Assembly (NCBI GenBank): GCA_964016885.1
Contig: OZ024742.1
Location: 284,828,001-284,892,000, forward strand
Origin: Eledone cirrhosa
Lineage: Eukaryota
Direction of reading: 5' to 3'
Length of the DNA stretch: 64,000 nt
Shown here: positions 55,001 to 64,000 of the stretch, one piece after another
Layout of the letters: the number at the start of each line of letters is the position of its first letter
Numbering within the stretch: position 1 is the stretch's first letter
The notes under the pieces: model-generated
The model's database searches: none
What the model was told of the DNA's origin: nothing
The model's input: only the letters and a program-made list of their open reading frames with translations
Position numbers and translations under genes: made by a program

Positions 55001-56590
55001 ACCACCACCACCATTACCACAAACACCACCACCACCATTACTACAAACACCACCACCACCATTACTACAAACACCACCACCACCATTACTACAAACACCA
55101 CCACCACCATTACCACAAACACCACCACCACCATTACCACAAACACCACCACCGCCATTACTACAAACACCACCACCGCCATTACTACAAACACCACCAC
55201 CGCCATTACCACAAACACCACCACCACCATTACCACAAACCCCCACCACAACCATTACTACAAACACCACCACCGCCATTACTACAAACACCCCCACCAC
55301 CATTACTACAAACACCACCACCGCCATTACTACAAACACCACCACCGCCATTACCACAAACACCACCACCACCATTACCACAAACCCCACCACCACCATT
55401 ACTACAAACACCACCACCACCACCATTACTACAAACACCACCACCACCATTACCACAAACCCCACCACCACCATTACTACAAACACCACCACCACCATTA
55501 CTACAAACACGACCACCACCACCATTACCACAAACACCACCACCACCATTACTACAAACACCACCACCACCATTACCACAGACCCCACCACCACCATTAC
55601 TACAAACACCACCACCACCATTACTACAAACACCACCACCACCATTACTACAAACACCACCACCTCCATTACTACAAACACCACCACCACCAATACCACA
55701 AACCCCACCACCACCATTACCACAAACACCACCACCACCATTACTACAAACACCACCACCACCATTACTACAAAGACCACCACCACCATTACTACAAACA
55801 CCACCACCACCATTACTACAAACACCACCACCACAATTACCACAAACGCCACCACCACCATTACTACAAACACCACCACCACCATTACTACAAACACCAC
55901 CACCACCATTACTACAAACACCACCACCACCATTACCACAAACACCACCACCACCATTACTACAAACACCACCACCACCATTACTACAAACACCACCACC
56001 ACCATTACTACAAACACCACCACCACCATTACTACAAACACCACCACCACCATTACCACAAACACCACCACCACCATTACCACAAACACCACCACCACCA
56101 TTACTACAAAAACCACCACCACCATTACTACAAACAGCACCACCTCCATTACTACAAACACCAACACCACCATTACCACAAACCCCACCACCACCATTAC
56201 CACAAACACGACCACCACCATTACTACAAACACCACCACCACCATTACTACAAACACCACCACCACCATTACTACAAACACCACCACCACCATTACTACA
56301 AACACCACCACCTCCATTACTACAAACACCACCACCACCATTACCACAAACCCCACCACCACCATTACCACAAACACCACCACCACCATTACTACAAACA
56401 CCACCACCACCATTACCACAAACACCACCATTACTACAAACACCACCACCACCATTACTACAAACACCACCACCACCATTACCACAAACACCACCACCAC
56501 CATTACTACAAACACCACCACCACCATTACTACAAACACCACCACCACCATTACCACAAACACCACCACCACCATTACTACAAACACCAC
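40040..56590. repeat. Non-adjacent near-identical pair, offset 12,559 bp (about 40040-44030 vs 52600-56590)
   Basis: 40060/52619 and 41928..42692 vs 54487..55251 differ by 12,559. The marker accgttact (~42403/54962) is private to this pair, and an 18-bp monomer (~43861/56420) sits at the same offset. Confidence 0.88.
45080..52540. repeat. Near-identical duplication, offset 4204 bp (about 45080-48335 vs 49284-52540)
   Basis: ORF coordinates 45334/49538, 45599/49803, 46534/50738 and 48287/52491 differ by 4204. Shared markers: actaaaaac, acaattaacacaaacgcc, caccacgccatt. Confidence 0.9.
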
Positions 56591-56699
56591 CACCACCATT
56601 ACTACAAACACCACCACCACCATTACTACAAACACCACCACCACCATTACTACAAACACCACCACCACCATTACTACAAACACCACCACCACAATTACC

Positions 56700-59600
56700 A
56701 CAAACGCCACCACCACCATACTACAAACACCACCACCACCATTACCACAAACACCACCACCACCATTACTACAAACACCACCACCACCATTACTACAAAC
56801 ACCACCACCTCCATTACTACAAACACCACCACTGCCATTACCACAAACACCACCACTGCCATTACTACAAACACCACCACCGCCACCACCATTACTACAA
56901 ACACCACCACTGCCATTACTACAAACACCACCACCACCATTACTACAAAAACCGCCACCACCATTACTACAAACACCACCACTGCCATTACCACAAACAC
57001 CACCACTGCCATTACCACAAACACCACCACCACCACCACCATTACTACAAACACCACCACTGCCATCACCACAAAGACCACCACCGCCATTACCACCACC
57101 ACCACCACCACCACCACCATTACTACAAACACCACCACCTCCATTACTACAAACACCACCACCACCATTACTACAAACACCACCACCTCCATTACTACAA
57201 ACACCACCACTGCCATTACGACAAACACCACCACCACCACCACCACCATAACTACAAACACCACCACTGCCATTACCACAAACACCACCACCGCCATTAC
57301 TGCCACCACCACCACCACCATTATCACAAACACCACCACCTCCATTACTACAAACACCACCACCTCCATTACTACAAACACCACCACCACCATTACTACA
57401 AACACCACCACCTCCATTACTACAAACACCACCACTGCCATTACCACAAACACCACCACCGCCATTACCACAAACACCACCACCTCCATTACTACAAACA
57501 CCACCACCACCATTACCACAAACACCACCACCACCATTACCACAAACACCACCACCTCCATTACCACCACCACCACCACCACCATTACCACAAACACCAC
57601 CACCACCATTACCACAAACACCACCACCTCCATTACCACCACCACCACCACCACCATTACCACAAACACCACCACCTCCATTACTACAAACACCACCACC
57701 TCCATTACTACAAACACCACCACCACCATTACTACAAACACCACCACCTCCATTACTACAAACACCACCACTGCCATTACCACAAACACCACCGCTGCCA
57801 TTACTACAAATACCACCACCACCATTACCACAAACACCACCACCACCATTTCTACAAATACCACCACCACCATTACCACAAACACCACCACCTCCATTAC
57901 CACAAACACCACCACTGCCATTACTACAAACACCACCACTGCCATTACTACAAACATCACCACCGCCATTACCACAAACACCACCACCTCCATTACTACA
58001 AACGCCACCACCACCATTACCACAAACACCATCACCGCCATTACCACAAACACCACCACCTCCATTACTACAAACACCACCACCTCCATTACTACAAACA
58101 CCACCACCACCATTACTACAAACACCACCACCTCCATTACCACCACCACCACCACCACCATTACCACAAACACCACCACCTCCATTACTACAAACACCAC
58201 CACCTCCATTACTACAAACACCACCACCACCATTACTACAAACACCACCACCTCCATTACTACAAACACCACCACTGCCATTACCACAAACACCACCGCT
58301 GCCATTACTACAAATACCACCACCACCATTACCACAAACACCACCACCACCATTACTACAAATACCACCACCACCATTACCACAAACACCATCACTGCCA
58401 TTACTACAAACACCACCACTGCCATTACTACAAACACCACCACTGCCATTACTACAAACACCACCACCGCCATTACCACAAACACCACCACTGCCATTAC
58501 CACAAACACCACCACCACCACCACCATTACTATAAACACCACCACTGCCATTACCACAAACACCACCACCGCCATTACCACCACCACCACCACCACCATT
58601 ACTACAAACACCACCACTGCCATTACCACAAACACCACCACCACCACCACCATTACTACAAACACCACGACTGCCATTACCACAAACACCACGACCGCCA
58701 TTACCGCCACCACCACCACCACCATTACTACAAACACCACCACCGCCATTAATACAAACACCACCACCTCCATTACTACAAACACCACCACCACCATTAC
58801 TACAAACACCACCACCTCCATTACTACAAACACCACCACCTCCATTACTACAAACACCACCACCACCATTACTACAAACACCACCACCTCCATTACTACA
58901 AATACCACCACTGCCATTACCACAAACACCACCACCTCCATTACTACAACACCACCACCTCCATTACTACAAACACCACCACCACCATTACCACAAACAC
59001 CACCACCACCATTACTACAAACACCACCACCTCCATTACTACAAATACCACCACTGCCATTACCACAAACACCACCACCTCCATTACTACAAACACCACC
59101 ACCTCCATTACTACAAACACCACCACTGCCATTACCACAAACACCACCACCTCCATTACTACAAACACGACCACCTCCATTACTACAAACACCACCACCA
59201 CCATTACCACAAACACCACAACCACCATTACTACAAACACCACCACTGCCATTACCACAAACACCACCACCTCCATTACTACAAACACCCCCACCACCAT
59301 TACCACAAACACCACCACCTCCATTACTACAAACACCACCACCTCCATTACTACAAACACCACCACCACCATTACTACAAACACCACCACCTCCATTACT
59401 ACAAACACCACCACTGCCATTACCACAAACACCACCACTGCCATTACCACAAACACCACCACTGCCATTACTACAAACACCACCACCGCCATTACCACAA
59501 ACACCACCACCTCCATTACTACAAACACCACCACTGCCATTACCACAAACACCACCACCTCCATTACTACAAACACCACCACTGCCATTACTACAAACAC

Positions 59601-62600
59601 CACCACCACCATTACCACAAACACCACCACCACCATTACCACAAACACCACCATCACCATTACTACAAACACCACCACCTCGATTACTACAAACACCACC
59701 ACTGCCATTACTACAAACACCACCACCACCATTACCACAAACACAACCACCACCATTACTACAAACACCACCACCATCATTACTACAAACACCACCACTG
59801 CCATTACTACAAACACCACCACCACCATTACCACAAACACCACCACCACCATTACCACAAACACCACCACCACCATTACTACAAACACCACCACCACCAT
59901 TACCACAAACACCACCACTGCCATTACCACAAACACCACCACTGCCATTACTACAAACACCACCACTGCCATTACTACAAACACCACCACCGCCATTACC
60001 ACAAACACCACCACCACCATTACTACAAACACCACCACCACCATTACTACAAACACCACCACCACCATTACCACAAACACCACCACCACCACCACCATTT
60101 CTACAAACACCACCACCACCATTACCACAAACACCACCACCGCCATTACCACAAACACCACCACCACCATTACTACAAACACCACCACCACCATTACCAC
60201 AAACACCACCACCACCATTACTACAAACACTCCCACCACCATTACGACAAACACCACCACCACCATTACTACAAACACCACCACCGCCATTACCACAAAC
60301 ACCACCACCACCATTACTACAAACACCACCACCACCATTACTACAGACACCACCACCACCATTACTACAAACACCACCACCACCATTACTACAAACACCA
60401 CCACCACCATAAACACCACCACCACCACCATTACCACAAACACCACCACCACCATTACTACAAACACCACCACCACCATTACTACAAACACCACCACCAC
60501 CATTACCACAAACACCACCACCACCACCACCCTTACTACAAACACCACCACCACCACCATTACCACAAACACCACCACCACCATTACCACAAACACCACC
60601 ACCACCATTACTACAAACACCACCACTGCCATTACTACAAACACCACCACTGCCATTACTACAAACACCACCACCACCATTACCACAAACACCACCACTG
60701 CCATTACTACAAACACCACCACTGCCATTACTAAAAACACCACCACCTCCATTACTACAAACACCACCACCACCATTACTACAAACACCACCACCTCCAT
60801 TACTACAAACACCACCACCTCCATTACTACAAACACCCCACCACCATTACCACAAACACCACCACCACAACCAGCATTACTACAAACACCACCACCACCA
60901 TTACCACAAACACCACCACCACCATTACCACAAACACCACCACCACCATTACTACAAACACCACCACTGCCATTACTACAAACACCACCACTGCCATTAC
61001 TACAAACACCACCACCGCCATTACCACAAACACCACCACCACCATTACCACAAACACCACCACCACCATTACTACAAACACCACCACCTCCATTACTACA
61101 AACACCACCACTGCCATTACTACAAACACCACCACCGCCATTACCACAAACACCACCACCTCCATTACTACAAACAGCACCACCTCCATTACTACAAACA
61201 CCACCACCACCATTACTACAAACACCACCACCACCATTACCACAAACACCACCACTGCCATTACTACAAACACCACCACCTCCATTACTACAAACACCAC
61301 CACCACCATTACCACAAACACCACCACCTCCATTACTACAAACACCACCACCTCCATTACTACAAACACCACCACCACCATTACTACAAACACCACCACC
61401 ATCATTACCACAAACACCACCACTGCCATTACCACAAACACCACCACCACCATTACTACAAACACCACCACCTCCATTACTACAAACACCACCACCACCA
61501 TTACTACAAACACCACCACCACCATTACCACAAACACCACCACCTCCATTACTACAAACACCACCACCACCATTACTACAAACACCACCACCACCATTAC
61601 TACAAACACCACCACCAGCATTACCACAAACACCACCACCACCATTACTACAAACACCACCACTGCCATTACCACAAACACCACCACCACCATTACTACA
61701 AACACCACCACCTCCATTACTACAAACACCACCACCACCATTACTACAAAGACCACCACCACTATTACCACAAACACCACCACCACCATTACTACAAACA
61801 CCACCACTGCCATTACCACAAACACCACCACCACCATTACTACAAACACCACCACTGCCATTACCACAAACACCACCACTGCCATTACTACAAACACCAC
61901 CACCGCCACCACCATTACTACAAACACCACCACTGCCATTACTACAAACACCACCACCACCATTACTACAAACACCACCACCACCATTACTACAAACACC
62001 GCCACCACCATTACTACAAACACCACCACTGCCTTTACCACAAACACCACCACTGCCATTACCACAAACACCACCACCACCACCACCATTACTACAAACG
62101 CCACCACTGCCATTACCACAAACACCACCACCGCCATTACCACCACCACCACCACCACCATTACTACAAACACCACCACCTCCATTACTACAAACACCAC
62201 CACCACCATTACTACAAACACCACCACCTCCATTACTACAAACACCACCACTGCCATTACGACAAAAACCACCACCACCACCACCATTACTACAAACACC
62301 ACCACTGCCATTACCACAAACACCACCACCGCCATTACCACAAACACCACCACCTCCATTACTACAAACACCACCACCTCCATTACTACAAACACCACCA
62401 CCACCATTACTACAAACACCACTACCTCCATTACCACAAACACCACCACTGCCATTACCACAAACACCACCACTGCCATTACTACAAACACCACCACCGC
62501 CATTACCACAAACACCACCACCTCCATTACTACAAATACCACCACCACCATTACCACAAACACCACCACCACCATTACCACAAACACCACCACCTCCATT

Positions 62601-64000
62601 ACCACCACCACCACCACCACCATTACCACAAACACCACCACCACCATTACCACAAACACCACCACCTCCATTACCACCACCACCACCACCACCATTACCA
62701 CAAACACCACCACCTCCATTACTACAAACACCACCACCTCCATTACTACAAACACCACCACCACCATTACTACAAACACCACCACCACCATTACCACAAA
62801 CACCACCACTGCCATTACTACAAACACCACCACCACCACCATCATTACTACAAACACCACCACTGCCATTACCACAAACACCACCACCACCACCACCATT
62901 ACTACAAACACCACCACTGCCATTACCACAAACACCACCACCGCCATTACCACCACCACCACCACCACCATTACTACAATCACCACCACTGCCATTACCA
63001 CAACCACCACCACCACCACCACCATTACTACAAACACCACCACCGCCATTAATACAAACACCACCACCTCCATTACTACAAACACCACCACCACCATTAC
63101 TACAAACACCACCACCTCCATTACTACAAACACCACCACCTCCATTACTACAAACACCACCACCACCATTACTACAAACACCACCACCTCCATTACTACA
63201 AACACCACCACTGCCATTACCACAAACACCACCACCTCCATTACTACAAACACCACCACCTCCATTACTACAAACACCACCACTGCCATTACCACAAACA
63301 CCACCACCTCCATTACTACAAACACCACCACCTCCATTACTACAAACACCACCACTGCCATTACCACAAACACCACCACCTCCATTACTACAAACACCAC
63401 CACCTCCATTACTACAAACACCACTACTGCCATTACCACAAACACCACCACTGCCATTACCACAAACACCACCACTGCCATTACTACAAACACCACCACC
63501 GCCATTACTACAAACACCACCACTGCCATTACTACAAACACCACCACCTCCATTACTACAAACACCCCCACCACCATTACCACAAACACCACCACCTCCA
63601 TTACTACAAACACCACCACCTCCATTACTACAAACACCACCACCACCATTACTACAAACACCACCACCTCCATTACTACAAACACCACCACTGCCATTAC
63701 CACAAACACCACCACTGCCATTACCACAAACACCACCACTGCCATTACTACAAACACCACCACCGCCATTACCACAAACACCACCACCTCCATTACTACA
63801 AACACCACCACTTCCATTACCACAAACACCACCACCTCCATTACTACAAACACCACCACCACCATTACTACAAACACCACCACCACCATTACCACAAACA
63901 CCACCACCACCATTACTACAAACACCACCACTGCCATTACCACAAACACCACCACCACCATTACTGCAAACACCACCACCACCATTACTACAAACACCAC
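56700..64000. repeat. Divergent sub-array rich in ACC-TCC-ATT and ACT-GCC-ATT monomers and long (ACC)n runs, containing an older duplication (about 56.8-59.6 kb vs 61.85-63.8 kb)
   Basis: CCC-type variants almost vanish. Monomers lacking ACA-AAC appear, e.g. (ACC)9 at 57092-57118. Paired markers: caccgccaccaccatt ~56878/61901, attacgaca ~57215/62256, attaataca 58748/63048, cccc ~59288/63565. Confidence 0.8.
60840..63998 (+). other. Longest stretch with an unbroken Thr register, (NTTT[T/S/A]ITT)n, about 1050 codons; possible mucin-like PTS coding fragment, unproven
   Basis: No frameshifting indel was seen from ~60840 to the window end. Common variants are synonymous or give Ser/Ala. There is no start codon, splice site, signal peptide or globular domain in the window, and the openness follows from the repeat itself. 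Confidence 0.15.

Larger units (their letters stand above)
36137..56700. repeat. Five copies of a 3.9-4.3-kb higher-order repeat delimited by the marker CTATTATTACAACACC
   Basis: The marker's tta lies at 36143, 40060, 44331, 48367 and 52619 (spacings 3917, 4271, 4036, 4252). Each unit has the same internal order: atcgcc, tccaatact, actacgaacaccaccccc, aacaatccc, aaccctcc, actagaaac, aacagcacc, accccaaac, cccccaccacaacc, acagacccc. Confidence 0.92.
1..64000. repeat. Tandem satellite/minisatellite array, 24-bp monomer AACACCACCACCACCATTAC(T/C)ACA, about 2,660 copies, open at both window ends
   Basis: The monomer is readable in every line from base 1 to 64000 in one orientation. Variants are point changes (ACC>GCC/TCC/CCC/ACT), gain or loss of ACC triplets (18-, 21-, 27-, 30-bp monomers) and occasional 1-bp indels. 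No non-repeat insert was seen. Confidence 0.99.

Noticed and set aside
37554-60412. Plus-strand ORFs starting at 37554, 45334 and 49538 with a Kozak-like gccATG
   Set aside because: The three ATGs are one ATT>ATG variant copied with the 4-kb unit, and the GCC context is simply the common Ala-type variant. There is no promoter, leader or signal peptide, so they are not called as CDS.
440-61620. Chi octamer GCTGGTGG on the minus strand (ccaccagc at e.g. ~440, 2355, 5505, 10858)
   Set aside because: It is a single ACC>AGC change away from the consensus, so it is expected by chance. There is no evidence of a RecBCD-bearing bacterial context.
1112-64000. Dozens of long minus-strand ORFs encoding (VVMVVVVF)n or (CSNGGGGV)n
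   Set aside because: Every minus-strand monomer contains an ATG and two frames are stop-free by construction. ORF ends coincide with 1-bp indels or point variants. Hundreds of consecutive hydrophobic residues are implausible as a protein, and there is no unique domain.
1-64000. Absence of stop codons in the local Thr register as evidence of coding selection
   Set aside because: AAC, ACC, ATT, ACT and ACA cannot become a stop by one substitution, so the absence is uninformative.
1-64000. CRISPR array (24-bp repeat length is in range)
   Set aside because: Monomers abut directly with no unique spacers, leader or cas genes.
56720-64000. Antifreeze glycoprotein or ice-binding repeat
   Set aside because: Fish AFGPs are (Ala-Ala-Thr)n and insect AFPs use Cys-spaced TxT repeats. 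NTTT(T/S/A)ITT matches neither.
1-64000. Inverted segments, hairpins, terminators, tRNA/rRNA or embedded transposon fragments
   Set aside because: No G/T-rich (inverted) block or non-repeat insert was seen on the + strand, and near-absence of G precludes stable stems.

Overview
The whole 64-kb window is one uninterrupted, head-to-tail tandem array of a 24-bp monomer, consensus (+) AAC ACC ACC ACC ACC ATT ACY ACA (roughly 2,660 copies from 64,000/24), running off both ends. It has no unique sequence, recognisable gene, RNA gene, mobile element or CRISPR array. The + strand is almost G-free. Five of six frames of the consensus lack stops (+: NTTTTITT, TPPPPLLQ, HHHHHYYK; -: VVMVVVVF, CSNGGGGV), so the ORF track is best explained as a by-product of the repeat. 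Variant monomers reveal nested higher-order repeats (offsets 119, 241, 1014, 1915, 4186, 4204, 8602/8626, 9930 and 12,559 bp) and three compositional domains (about 1-36.1, 36.1-56.7 and 56.7-64 kb). The most likely reading is a eukaryotic satellite or giant minisatellite. A mucin-like Thr-rich coding origin is possible, but many frameshifting monomers are shared between repeat copies. I see no convincing new gene system. The points of interest are array architecture, a CpG-decay signature, G4 potential and one probable low-quality assembly junction. All alignments were done by eye and boundaries are approximate.
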